Source: a virus
Reading direction: 5' to 3' (one strand)
IMG/VR virus record: IMGVR_UViG_3300033388_000874
Coordinates: 639 to 64,638 of that record
Length of the DNA stretch: 64,000 bases
The notes under the pieces: generated by a model
Told to the model about the DNA's origin: nothing
Databases searched by the model: none
The model's input: the letters and a program-made list of their open reading frames with translations, nothing else
Program-made: the position numbers and the translations under genes
Shown here: one piece after another, positions 37,420-46,450 of the stretch
Layout: every line of letters starts with the position of its first letter
Position numbering within the stretch: the first letter of the stretch is position 1

Positions 37420-38908
37420 TCGGTGAGCCTGTCAAATGTATTATCAGAGCCTTGCGTGTTTGCCCCGGTCGAGTGATGCGAGCGTTCGCTTGCTCATAGG
37501 TTTCGAGTGAAGTCGTTGGAGTGAACCACACAATCGTACTCGCTTCGGTCAGCGTCAGTCCGTGACTCATCGTCTTGGGGTTGGCAACGAGTACCTTCGG
37601 ATGCTGTGAATTCTTGAACGCGCCGAAGATGTTATCACGCTCTTTCTTGCTCGTTCCGCCGTGGATCAATGCACAGTCGATGTTCTTCTTCAGTAGTCGC
37701 TGATGAAGTTCGACACATGCGTGAGAGAAGCTGGCGAACACGATCACCTTGCCGATAGACTGGTTGATAATATCCTTCACTTCGTCAACACGTGTTTGGT
37801 TATCGAGCCGAACGATCTTGCGTTGGTCTGTATACACCCAGCCGCATGCGATTTGTAGCAGCTTCATAAACAGTACGCCCTCGTTGGCAGCACTGATCCG
37901 ACCCTCTTGGAACGCCGTGCGAAGCAGCTTAATGAGTTTCTTATATGTGTCTGAAACCTGCTTGCTTGGCGGTACGTCAATAGTCTTGTACGACACACCG
38001 GGCAGTTCCATACAGTCGTCACGTTTGTAACGTACTGCGGGTTGCAGCATGTCATAAACGTGGTCGTTAGCGTCCGGCTTGGCGAACCACTTAAACTGCG
38101 TGATCTGCGTCATGGTCTTACGCTGGAATTCTTTCATGTACCGGGGAGCGCGACGCGGAGTCAGCAGCTTCGCCAGCCCCCATGCATCTGTCGGGTCGTT
38201 GGGTGTTGGGGAACCAGTCATACCCCACGCATATGCTGCGTCGGTCACGATCTTATTCATGTTCTTCCAACGAGTCGTGGACTTGTTACGGAAGGCACCG
38301 ACTTCATCTACAATAATCACGTCGAATTTCATGGCAAGTAACTCTGCCATTACGACGCCAAGCCCATCATGGTTGATGACGTAGAAGTGGTGCATTTCCT
38401 GCAAAATCTTCTGTCGTTTCTTGCGCGTCCCGTGAACTATCCCGACGCTAAAATGATTGAAGTACTGGTATATCTCTCTGTCCCACACCTGTGTCAAAGT
38501 TGATAGTGGTGCGACCACCAGCACCCGCTTAATCAGCCCCTCTTGAAACATATAGTCACAAGCGTAGAGGCTGGCACGTGTCTTGCCAGTACCCATTTCC
38601 GAGAGGACATAAGCTCTCGGGTTCATGGTCAGCAGCGCGGCTGTAATCTTTTGGGTGCGAAAGGGTGGAGGATTGGAGGGCCAAGCGTAATGCTGCACGA
38701 TGGGTGCGGGAACGACATACCCAATGTTTCGTAACAGGCGTGTGGTTTCTATAGTGTGGGGTACTTTGTAGCCCACGGCGTACGGGCCTGTCGTATGGGT
38801 ACGGTGTTCTGTAACAGCATCACCAAGCAGCGCCGGGATCGTTGGATCGACCGGGAGCAGTAGTTCTTTTGAAGCTGGTATTACCTGCGCTAGTTGAGCG
38901 TCAGCCAT
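37340..38908 (-). CDS. SNF2-family DEAD/DEAH-box helicase
   Basis: 522 aa; motif I 'LSEMGTGKT', 'VLVVAPLSTL', motif II 'IIVDEVGAFRN', helicase C-terminal block '...HGGTSKKERDNIFGAFKN...VLVANPKTMSHGLTLTEAS...QANARITRPGQ'. Confidence 0.8.
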   Translation of the reverse strand: MADAQLAQVIPASKELLLPVDPTIPALLGDAVTEHRTHTTGPYAVGYKVPHTIETTRLLRNIGYVVPAPIVQHYAWPSNPPPFRTQKITAALLTMNPRAYVLSEMGTGKTRASLYACDYMFQEGLIKRVLVVAPLSTLTQVWDREIYQYFNHFSVGIVHGTRKKRQKILQEMHHFYVINHDGLGVVMAELLAMKFDVIIVDEVGAFRNKSTTRWKNMNKIVTDAAYAWGMTGSPTPNDPTDAWGLAKLLTPRRAPRYMKEFQRKTMTQITQFKWFAKPDANDHVYDMLQPAVRYKRDDCMELPGVSYKTIDVPPSKQVSDTYKKLIKLLRTAFQEGRISAANEGVLFMKLLQIACGWVYTDQRKIVRLDNQTRVDEVKDIINQSIGKVIVFASFSHACVELHQRLLKKNIDCALIHGGTSKKERDNIFGAFKNSQHPKVLVANPKTMSHGLTLTEASTIVWFTPTTSLETYEQANARITRPGQTRKALIIHLTGSPIESKIYKRLQQKASLQGALLDMFDDN

Positions 38909-39195
38909 TCATCTAATTCCTGTTCGCCTGAGTAACCGTTCTTCGCGTCCCATGTTTCCCCAATGACAAGGACGTAGCCGCCAGCGGCCTGAACGTCATC
39001 CATAGTAAGTAGCTGTCGGGGTGTGGGGTGCTTGCCCGGCGCTTTTGTTTCGATGGCGAAGTAGATACCATTGTGGCATCCATGACAGTCTAAGCATGCT
39101 GCGCCATATCCAGTCTGTACCGGCCAGTGCTGATACGCACCAGCTTCCTTGAGTCGTTTCTTAACACGTGCTTTGACTTTCCCTTCGGGTGTCAT
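38890..39195 (-). CDS. VRR-NUC domain nuclease
   Basis: 101 aa; PD-(D/E)xK-type VRR-NUC signature around 'IYFAIETKAPGK...GGYVLVI'; classic partner located directly after a SNF2 helicase in phages. Confidence 0.7.
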   Translation of the reverse strand: MTPEGKVKARVKKRLKEAGAYQHWPVQTGYGAACLDCHGCHNGIYFAIETKAPGKHPTPRQLLTMDDVQAAGGYVLVIGETWDAKNGYSGEQELDEWLTLN

Positions 39196-39854
39196 CGGAG
39201 CAGACCACTGAAGATGCTGCCTTCGAGCGCACCACCGAGCGCATTACTTGCATTCATCAATCCACTCGCCTGTTGTTGATTGGCCTGTGATTGTCCCATC
39301 TGGGCTGAAGTTGATTCCGGCTCTGGCTTTGGGCGGGGCCACACATCTTCTCCTGCCTCGCACTTCATAATCGCGTCTGCTTGCCAGCATTCAAAGTCTT
39401 CGATAAGCGGGGTAAGATTACCATCATTCAGCATCCATTCCGCGTCAACTTTCAGACGTACGGATAGATCGTTGAAGAACGTCCACTTCACAATCTCGCA
39501 ACCAGCCTCCGCTGAATGTTCGTGGTCACATTTGTATATGTGTTCACGACACACTTCGGGAAGCAGGTTGTTGAGTAGTTTCCTAACCTGCACTTCGCGT
39601 ACTGGCATGCTCATTCCCCCCTGCTGCATCTGCATCTGCTGCTGTATCTCCGTTGCAGTTTTGTTCTGCTGATTCATCGATTGGTTCTGCGGGGGGACTT
39701 GGCTGTTGCACATCATTATGGGCCTTGACGACAAGGACAGCGCGTCTAACCTCGCTTTGTGTAAAGCGTTCAGATAGTTTTGCTGGCGCTCGCACTCTGC
39801 GGCGACACTTGTTCCGAATTGTCCTAATCCTCCCGCTCCACCCAATGAGGACAT
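39192..39854 (-). CDS. hypothetical Gln-rich protein (start uncertain)
   Basis: the track ORF starts at 40019 but overlaps the nuclease gene by 195 nt; internal Met (MSSLGG) at 39854 reduces the overlap; Q-rich low-complexity centre. Confidence 0.3.
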   Translation of the reverse strand: MSSLGGAGGLGQFGTSVAAECERQQNYLNALHKARLDALSLSSRPIMMCNSQVPPQNQSMNQQNKTATEIQQQMQMQQGGMSMPVREVQVRKLLNNLLPEVCREHIYKCDHEHSAEAGCEIVKWTFFNDLSVRLKVDAEWMLNDGNLTPLIEDFECWQADAIMKCEAGEDVWPRPKPEPESTSAQMGQSQANQQQASGLMNASNALGGALEGSIFSGLLR

Positions 39855-40453
39855 TGGCTCACTGGACAATACCTGCATAACCCGCTTTCCGTTGCTGGGA
39901 ATGAGGTTGTCATCTTCGCTTGCTCGATCTCTTTCACACGCGGTAGGAGTGTCATCCAAACTGGTCTTATGTCTGCCAATTCCAAGGACATTGAGGATAC
40001 TTCTGATGATTTTAGCCATACGAATACCAACTTAAAGTTTTTGATTTCAGGCATCAGGCGTGATAACACCGCTGCCGTGAGTTGAAGTTGCGTCCAGTCG
40101 ATCCGCTTCTTGCCTGTCTTCCAGTCCACGATGATCGCGGTGTCACCACGTATGATGAGAAGGTCAACGATTGCACGTACCCATGCATCCGGCGCGAACC
40201 AGTCGACAGGCTCGAACTTGTTGTTCAAACACATCTGCATTTCGCCATGCCTGTCGTCAAAGGGAGCATCTGCGAATCGCTTACCCCACTTCTCTAGGTG
40301 ACGGATTGGTAACGGTAGTGGGGTACCTTTAATGACACGATTGAACATCGCCTTGTGTATCTCTTTACCTTCGTTCGAGAACGACGAATTGCTATCCTTC
40401 GCGTCCTTCATAATTTTTATATGGTAGTACTTCTTCGCGCACTGCTCGAACAT
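39824..40453 (-). CDS. Cas4/RecB-like PD-(D/E)xK nuclease with C-terminal Cys cluster
   Basis: 'DLLIIRGDTAIIVDWKTGK' (D..EhDYKTG motif) plus C-terminal 'CRYCPVSQCPHW' (Fe-S type Cys triad); start taken at the internal Met after the polymerase stop (track 40519). Confidence 0.6.
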   Translation of the reverse strand: MFEQCAKKYYHIKIMKDAKDSNSSFSNEGKEIHKAMFNRVIKGTPLPLPIRHLEKWGKRFADAPFDDRHGEMQMCLNNKFEPVDWFAPDAWVRAIVDLLIIRGDTAIIVDWKTGKKRIDWTQLQLTAAVLSRLMPEIKNFKLVFVWLKSSEVSSMSLELADIRPVWMTLLPRVKEIEQAKMTTSFPATESGLCRYCPVSQCPHWVERED

Positions 40454-40488
40454 TGACAGTACCGAGAATGACCATGCGGTCTTGAGCT

Positions 40489-42342
40489 TCACTTCGCGTC
40501 TCCATAGGTTTGACCCCACGCTGCCTCTGCATCAATCGGTAGATCAGGTGCAAAGCTAGGCGGGGTTTTCATTATCTGTAGCACACCGCGTTCGTATTCC
40601 TCAACGCGATTCTCAGGCACAACATACACCAACTCATCATGCGCTTGCAACGCTGGCCGTAGACCGAGTTCCTTGCGAACTCGTATCATATGTTCTGTAA
40701 TTGTAATGCGAGCGAGACTCTGGACAATGTTCTCCACCATCTTCCCACCCCATAAAGTTTTGGGTCGTTCGGCGTGTGTGAATGACCAGCCACGATACTT
40801 CTTCGTGTCTATGTAACGTAGGTTGTGGTACCAGATAGCCATGCCGTTGGGTAGGGTCAGCCGATCATGCGTAGCCATGCATGGCCCGATCATCGCCATT
40901 GCCTCTCCTGTCGCCATCTGCTCGATGACACCATCACAGTACTTCCACATGGCAGGGATTTGGTGGTACTCGTCACGGTAAGCGTACACATATTTGTTGA
41001 CCTCTTGCTGGTCTGCTTTGTATCCATCCTTACGTAACGTCGCTTGTAGCTTCTTCCACCCCATGCCATAGCCAAGGCCGAGGATGCAGGTCTTTCCGAT
41101 GAACCGCTCAGTCTGGTCTGCTTTCGTAACAGGGCGACGGAACGCTTTGGATGCGAAGGCGCAGTATGGGTCGCCGCCAGTCTGGAAGACTTCTAACAGG
41201 GGTTTGCAATTCGATAGCCAAGCATTCAGCCGAGCCTCGATCTGTGACAAGTCACTCGCGAGTACCACGTACCCATCCGGTGCGGCGACTGCGTACCTTA
41301 GTTGATCCCTGCTTGGGTTCTTCGGGTCAACGCGGGTGAGGTTTTGGCAGTTGATCTTTTCCATGCCACCGTAGCGGCCTGTGTGAGCGCCGTAGTAGCG
41401 CAGGGGCACCCGAAGTGATCCATACTGCTCAGCAATGTCAATAAATCGCATGGTGCGGCTCTCAGTCAGCGTGGACTTGGTTCCAAGCCTTGCTGCTAGG
41501 ATAGGCCCGACCAGCGGATCGTCTTGGTATTCTTCCTCCATGTCCTTGAACTCGGGGTCAGTCTTGGCGAATGCATATGCAGGTTTCAGGGTTGTGGGGC
41601 TGATCTTCATGGGCACATCAACGCCCAATGCCTCCAGCACCTTTGCAAACTTCGGATTGGAACTCAGTTGGGACTGGTTCACTGAAGGTGGTAGTGCCGC
41701 GAGCAGTGCTTTCTTTTTCTCACGTGCGTTATGAAGTACGTTCCTAAGTATGTCGATGTCCAACACGAACTGCGGCTGTATATACATGCGCAGAGTCATG
41801 TCGATGATCCAATACTCGTCTTTCGGCAGACGTTCCTTTAGGCGATTGAATAGCCACCACTCCCCATCGCAGTCATCCGCACAGTATGCTGCGTACTTCT
41901 GGAACTCCTGCGGTGTCAGCGATTCGAGTCGCCTCCCGAGCATATTGCCAACGTACGTACCCTTCGACAGCGGAGAAGACTCGTGTACCAAACACTTCGC
42001 GAGCGATATCGACCGATGAAATGGTTTCAGTGTTGCCTGTGCCATGCACAGAGTATCGAAAAGCATCAGCGGTATGATCCCCAAGACAGTCTCTAGGATC
42101 AAAGCATCGAACATCGTATTGTGGCACAACACCGCTCCACGGTGAACGCCCCTTGCTTCCAAGGCTTGCTTGTATTCTGCGTGTGTCGTAAAGCTCAATA
42201 TCTCGGTAGGGTCGTCGTTCTTCTTCACTCCCACCATGATAATTTGAAATTGCGCGTCTGAAACGTAAGCCTCGGTACTCATCTTTGACAGCGAGTAAAT
42301 CTTGCTGTAGTAAGTCTCGAAGTCGATAGTAAATACGTCCAC
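40489..42342 (-). CDS. family A DNA polymerase with 3'-5' exonuclease domain
   Basis: 617 aa; Exo I 'FTIDFETY'; motif B 'RFIGKTCILGLGYGMGWKKL'; motif C 'LQAHDELVYVV'; GTG start. Confidence 0.85.
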   Translation of the reverse strand: MDVFTIDFETYYSKIYSLSKMSTEAYVSDAQFQIIMVGVKKNDDPTEILSFTTHAEYKQALEARGVHRGAVLCHNTMFDALILETVLGIIPLMLFDTLCMAQATLKPFHRSISLAKCLVHESSPLSKGTYVGNMLGRRLESLTPQEFQKYAAYCADDCDGEWWLFNRLKERLPKDEYWIIDMTLRMYIQPQFVLDIDILRNVLHNAREKKKALLAALPPSVNQSQLSSNPKFAKVLEALGVDVPMKISPTTLKPAYAFAKTDPEFKDMEEEYQDDPLVGPILAARLGTKSTLTESRTMRFIDIAEQYGSLRVPLRYYGAHTGRYGGMEKINCQNLTRVDPKNPSRDQLRYAVAAPDGYVVLASDLSQIEARLNAWLSNCKPLLEVFQTGGDPYCAFASKAFRRPVTKADQTERFIGKTCILGLGYGMGWKKLQATLRKDGYKADQQEVNKYVYAYRDEYHQIPAMWKYCDGVIEQMATGEAMAMIGPCMATHDRLTLPNGMAIWYHNLRYIDTKKYRGWSFTHAERPKTLWGGKMVENIVQSLARITITEHMIRVRKELGLRPALQAHDELVYVVPENRVEEYERGVLQIMKTPPSFAPDLPIDAEAAWGQTYGDAK

Positions 42343-42358
42343 GATAGTAAATACGTCC
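42323..42358. repeat. tandem 18-bp direct duplication at the DNA polymerase start
   Basis: plus strand CGATAGTAAATACGTCC(A/C) x2; minus GGACGTATTTACTATCGT x2, duplicating the first six DNAP codons (VDVFTI) in frame. Confidence 0.5.
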
Positions 42359-42359
42359 C

Positions 42360-42536
42360 CTATCGTCCTGATCTTGGGAATGTTTTGATGCTCTCGACAA
42401 GTATGTCTCCCTTACAGAAAGGACAAACAACAGGTGTTTCCACCCGTTGCGTCCTAACTACCACCTTAATATCCAGTCGGCATTTATCACACCACAACTG
42501 GAACTTGGTGCATTTGCTGTTGTCTGCCACACTCAC
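42360..42536 (-). CDS. small zinc-ribbon protein (58 aa, below the ORF-track cutoff)
   Basis: GTG start after GAGAGG; 'CTKFQLWCDKC...VCPFCKG' = C-x7-C-x2-C...C-x2-C; stop TAG immediately before the tandem repeat at the DNAP start. Confidence 0.35.
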   Translation of the reverse strand: MSVADNSKCTKFQLWCDKCRLDIKVVVRTQRVETPVVCPFCKGDILVESIKTFPRSGR

Positions 42537-42575
42537 GCTACACCTCTCGGTACGTGCTGATGATAACGGTCTGCC

Positions 42576-42944
42576 TCATGGGTGGTATGCCCCGCTGATG
42601 CAGTGAAGTAGTTCGTGGCCGAGTGCGTCCATTGCCGGATCACCTAACACCTGTTCCGGTAGCGTTGCGGTGATGAGGCACCAAGAGAAATTGTTGTCGA
42701 AGTCTGGTGTGTACTCTGCGTACGCCTCATACCCATCGGGCATGTCATCCTTATCGATGAAGTTCACCATGACTATGGAACCTCGCAGGAAGTATTCGGC
42801 TATGACCGGGGGGCCGTAGGGTTCGTAACACACTTGGTCAGAGGGGGGCGCGGGATCAGTGGTCATCCACTTCATAAGCCCATAAGAAAGGCCAGCACCA
42901 GTGAATAGTACTAGCCAGAAAACTACCGTCGCCAACCTTGTCAT
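42576..42944 (-). CDS. membrane-anchored HExxH metallopeptidase-like protein
   Basis: 122 aa; N-terminal TM/signal 'LATVVFWLVLFTGAGLSYGL'; C-terminal 'LGHELLHCISGAYHP'; preceded by palindromic motif copy 1 and a sigma70-like promoter. Confidence 0.4.
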   Translation of the reverse strand: MTRLATVVFWLVLFTGAGLSYGLMKWMTTDPAPPSDQVCYEPYGPPVIAEYFLRGSIVMVNFIDKDDMPDGYEAYAEYTPDFDNNFSWCLITATLPEQVLGDPAMDALGHELLHCISGAYHP

Positions 42945-42954
42945 AGTGTCGCCT

Positions 42955-42969
42955 TTACAACCGTTGTAA
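42955..42969. repeat. palindromic motif copy 1 (TTACAAC-C-GTTGTAA on plus)
   Basis: directly downstream of the -10 of a TTGACT-16nt-TAAGAT promoter (43005..42978, minus) and 10 nt before AAGGCGA-ATG of 42576..42944. Confidence 0.6.
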
Positions 42970-42977
42970 GATGGGCC

Positions 42978-43005
42978 ATCTTAGCACACTGATAAGTAGA
43001 GTCAA
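42978..43005 (-). promoter_or_regulatory. sigma70-like promoter (minus strand)
   Basis: TTGACT (43005..43000), 16-nt spacer, TAAGAT (42983..42978); palindromic motif starts about +2. Confidence 0.35.
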
Positions 43006-43059
43006 CCTACGTTTTGGGTGCCTAAACGAAGGGTATAACCTGCACCTATAGACAATAAA

Positions 43060-43092
43060 AAACCCCGACCAGCATTGCGCCAGCCGGGGTAC
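43060..43092 (-). terminator. putative rho-independent terminator (minus strand)
   Basis: minus-strand CCCCGGCTGG...CTGGTCGGGG imperfect GC stem followed by TTTTTT(ATT). Confidence 0.4.
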
Positions 43093-43107
43093 TTACAACC
43101 GTTGTAA
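43093..43107. repeat. palindromic motif copy 2
   Basis: between the stop of 43111..43908 and the minus-strand terminator hairpin. Confidence 0.6.
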
Positions 43108-43110
43108 GTT

Positions 43111-43908
43111 TTAGTTGGTATGGACAGAGGGGTATCCGTCCACGTGCCGCACTTCAATCATCATGCTCATTTGTACGAGTATGTGAGTAAGCGCCTCGAA
43201 GACACGTCGCTCGAATACTAATTCCTCTGGGGTTTGGTCTTCGTGTCGTGGTTCGAGGGAGAGGAACTGATCGACAGTACCCCAATCGGATATACGTGTT
43301 GGCATTCTAGACTTCATGTTTGCCTGACGCGCTACGTCGCGGCACTCGACAGGCATGAAGGCCATCAACTCAGGCCAGATTCTCATCAGTTGTCCGGGCG
43401 TGTTACAGGCTATTCCGGGTGTCGGGCCTCCACGCCGACCTCCCGTTGTGCTGTTAAAGCCTGCATAGTCATCCCACTCCCAATCGAATAGGTCATCAAC
43501 GCGCTTATACAACTTCTTCCGTAGCTTCTTTAGCTTGATCGCCTTACATACCCATGCTTGGATATTCTCTTGCACATCGACATGCAACTGTGCGAACTCC
43601 ACCGGGATATCAGGTCTTCGCTTACCATCGGGGAAACCGAACGTAATGTGATCCCGCTCCCATGTCGATCTGCCTTTCTTATCGTCTGTGAACAACTCGA
43701 ACGAGTCGCTACGGCTCAGACATTTCCGACCCAACTTACTATCCAATAGTACCTCAAGTGAGTTCCACTGTTTCTTTTTGAACGCGGGTCGATAGACATC
43801 TTCCAACGCATCAAACTTAACAGGATTTACAATCTCACAGTACTTGTCGAAGTGTCGGCAGACTTGGTTGGCAATGCGACTGCGGAAGTCCCGATTAAAG
43901 CGCGTCAT
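43111..43908 (-). CDS. hypothetical protein
   Basis: 265-aa ORF followed by a hairpin + T-run terminator on the minus strand. Confidence 0.4.
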   Translation of the reverse strand: MTRFNRDFRSRIANQVCRHFDKYCEIVNPVKFDALEDVYRPAFKKKQWNSLEVLLDSKLGRKCLSRSDSFELFTDDKKGRSTWERDHITFGFPDGKRRPDIPVEFAQLHVDVQENIQAWVCKAIKLKKLRKKLYKRVDDLFDWEWDDYAGFNSTTGGRRGGPTPGIACNTPGQLMRIWPELMAFMPVECRDVARQANMKSRMPTRISDWGTVDQFLSLEPRHEDQTPEELVFERRVFEALTHILVQMSMMIEVRHVDGYPSVHTN

Positions 43909-45166
43909 CGATCAAATCCACTTCAATAATCTCGCCCGGTATGTCGTGACTTGGGCGATAGTCTGTCGTTGCACACCATATGACTGGAAAGTCTGCATCT
44001 GTCGGGAAGCTACCGCCCATGTCTGTGAAGTACACCAGACAATCAGGACGTAGCCCATGTTCCTCAAGCCACACGAACGGTGGAATGAATGACGTACCTC
44101 CGCCACCTCCCAACGAACATAGCTCCGGTTGACCACGTAACGTGTCACCGCTTCCCAACTCATGCACAGTATCTACACGTGCATCGCATCCCATCAGGTA
44201 AACGAACTCCGGGTTGCAGTCAGTCAGAATCTTGTCACACTCAGTTAGTCCTTGTGCGATCTCCATCTGTGACATGCTTCCCGATGTATCAACTACGAAT
44301 ACAACCACTCCGCAACCAAAGCCTTTGTAGCTCGGCATGATAACGCCTTGGGTGATGTACCTTCGACGATTGAGCTTGCTCCAGTCACTCGCATCCCTGC
44401 CTATAGCCTTGGTGAATGCGTACCGTAGTTTCTCCGTCCACGGAATCTTCGGCTTAAGTAATTCATCGACGAATCTCTCAAGTCCCGCTGGCATTTTACC
44501 CATTGCCTTGGCAGCGTCTCCCGCTGTTTTGACAGCACGTTTCCATTCGACTTCACTACCAGTATTGGCAGCACTAGGCATAACGTGTGTGTCAAGCGTA
44601 CCGTCACCCTGTCCTTCCGGGCCTTGGTTGTTGTGACCACCCCCACCATCGCCCTGACCTTGACCTTCGGCATCGCCCTCACCGCCGCCACCTTCCTGCT
44701 GTTGCTTGAGTAGCTTACGGTACACTTCGTCAACCATGTCACCAGCCGATGCGATACTTACATCGTGCAAGCCCAGCTTCGGCATCTTACCAATCCTCGA
44801 CACAACTAACATATCGTTGATTACATAGTCACCAGCTTGGTTCCATAGACGCGGGTCAAACTTCTTACCATCGAACCCTGTGTCCTGATACTTCTTGCCA
44901 CGTGACATATGTGACCACATTGCGTGACCAACTTCGTGGCACATGACAAACACCGCTTCAGGCAGTTTGAGTGATTCGATGAAGTCCTCATCGATCCACA
45001 CGTTCTTACCGTCCGTCGCCATAGTCTCGTTACCCGGTGGAAATATCTGTGGGAACTTACCGAGCTTTATGACCATCATGTCCAGAAGTAACGATGCAAA
45101 GAATGGGCAATGCAAAAGCATCGCCGTCTTACACTCAGTTAGTTTCTGCTGTGCCGACATTTGCAT
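43895..45166 (-). CDS. vWA domain protein with N-terminal metallopeptidase-like domain (DUF2201-type MoxR partner)
   Basis: 423 aa; 'VFVMCHEVGHAMWSH' HExxH; MIDAS 'VVFVVDTSGSMS'; Gly/Gln-rich linker; standard partner of MoxR AAA+ ATPases. Confidence 0.65.
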   Translation of the reverse strand: MQMSAQQKLTECKTAMLLHCPFFASLLLDMMVIKLGKFPQIFPPGNETMATDGKNVWIDEDFIESLKLPEAVFVMCHEVGHAMWSHMSRGKKYQDTGFDGKKFDPRLWNQAGDYVINDMLVVSRIGKMPKLGLHDVSIASAGDMVDEVYRKLLKQQQEGGGGEGDAEGQGQGDGGGGHNNQGPEGQGDGTLDTHVMPSAANTGSEVEWKRAVKTAGDAAKAMGKMPAGLERFVDELLKPKIPWTEKLRYAFTKAIGRDASDWSKLNRRRYITQGVIMPSYKGFGCGVVVFVVDTSGSMSQMEIAQGLTECDKILTDCNPEFVYLMGCDARVDTVHELGSGDTLRGQPELCSLGGGGGTSFIPPFVWLEEHGLRPDCLVYFTDMGGSFPTDADFPVIWCATTDYRPSHDIPGEIIEVDLIDDAL

Positions 45167-46439
45167 ACTCCTTCATCATGCCAAAGATAGCAGTTGCCTG
45201 TTCACCCAACCGCCTACGGAGTGCGTCGTCCTTACGCACATCTTTTACGTCATGGTTGGTGAGCTTACCCTTCACTCGCAGACGTATAGCCTCGATCCGC
45301 TCGTCCTTTGTGACGTTAAGATGAGACAGCATCGACGCATGCTCTGCCAACTTATCGAACAGAGTGTAGTGGAACATTGCGTCCGGGTTTGATAACGCCG
45401 TTGCAGCACGTTCAACATCGTCATACAGACGTTGCCAAGCATCCTGCATTGCATTTTCCAACCGCTTCTGCGTCTTGCGTTGCAATGCACCAGCTAACTT
45501 CTCAACCTGTGCATCCTGCAAGCCCTGATAGTCACCGCCGACAGGTATCGGCTCAAAGTCAAACTCCAACGTGAAGTGTTGCTCAATCGCAGCGGGGGCA
45601 GGATACTCATTCTGATTGAATGCCTTTCCTAACTTCTGTTGCGAGATAGCGATCAGCGTTGGGTATGCTGTCGTGAACTTATCAAGCGACTCAAGCATTT
45701 CGACCTTGTGCATGCCCATTATCTGCGCGTACTCAAAGAACAGTGTGTTCGGAAGTAGCCGAGCGCCGGAACGCTTGCCGTGATCGTTGATCCCAACGGT
45801 TGACCACGGAAGGGTCATCCGGTAGTGATCGGTACGAGCAGCATCGATAGCTTTATGCACACGTTTCAGTTTCTCGTCGGCACCGACAAGCAATCTCTTG
45901 CGCGCCTCGAATGACTTAGCATCTGCACCGCTGGCATCCGCAGCATCCTTCGCTGCTTTGCGATCCTTAACCTTCGCATGCCACCTTCTATTCGTGAGTG
46001 ACACAAGAGTACCGAAGTTACGTATGTCCATCTCCTCCATAATCTCCTCACTCGTGAACGTAGGTACCGGAACGATATGCTCCTCAACAGCTTCACTGAA
46101 CATGGTGTTGTCGATCTCAGGAAGATCAGCCGCGTTTACAACGGTTGTAAGTTCCTGTTCCTCGATAGCACTGATCGCCTCGGGTGTCGCAGCAACTACC
46201 GCCGCCGTTTCCTCATTGAGTAACGATTCAAGGGTTGCATTGCTACTTGGTACAGGTGGTGATAACGGTCGCGACACTGGACTATTCGGGTAGCTAGGGT
46301 CGGGCGCACCTTCGACCTGTGGGGTTTCAGGGGTGTCGGGTGCTATAGCACTAGGTGCTACAGTTTCCTCTACCACTGGCTCTTTATCTTGCAATACGTC
46401 ATCGAGTAATGACTGTATATCCATGTCAAATCCTGACAT
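45135..46439 (-). CDS. hypothetical protein with acidic, Pro-rich N-terminal region
   Basis: 434-aa ORF between the vWA and MoxR genes; contains motif copy 3 in frame (ELTTVVNAADL). Confidence 0.4.
   Translation of the reverse strand: MSGFDMDIQSLLDDVLQDKEPVVEETVAPSAIAPDTPETPQVEGAPDPSYPNSPVSRPLSPPVPSSNATLESLLNEETAAVVAATPEAISAIEEQELTTVVNAADLPEIDNTMFSEAVEEHIVPVPTFTSEEIMEEMDIRNFGTLVSLTNRRWHAKVKDRKAAKDAADASGADAKSFEARKRLLVGADEKLKRVHKAIDAARTDHYRMTLPWSTVGINDHGKRSGARLLPNTLFFEYAQIMGMHKVEMLESLDKFTTAYPTLIAISQQKLGKAFNQNEYPAPAAIEQHFTLEFDFEPIPVGGDYQGLQDAQVEKLAGALQRKTQKRLENAMQDAWQRLYDDVERAATALSNPDAMFHYTLFDKLAEHASMLSHLNVTKDERIEAIRLRVKGKLTNHDVKDVRKDDALRRRLGEQATAIFGMMKEYANVGTAETN
46135..46149. repeat. palindromic motif copy 3 (inside ORF 45135..46439, in frame as TTVV)
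   Basis: exact TTACAACGGTTGTAA. Confidence 0.6.
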
Positions 46440-46450
46440 ATGTTTCTCCT

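Noticed and set aside
41873-42430. 185-aa minus-strand ORF overlapping the DNA polymerase N-terminus
   Set aside because: It is in a different frame from the strongly supported polymerase gene. Its translation includes 'RIYYRGRIYYR', which is the out-of-frame reading of the tandem 18-bp duplication. It is an artefact of the open reading frame.
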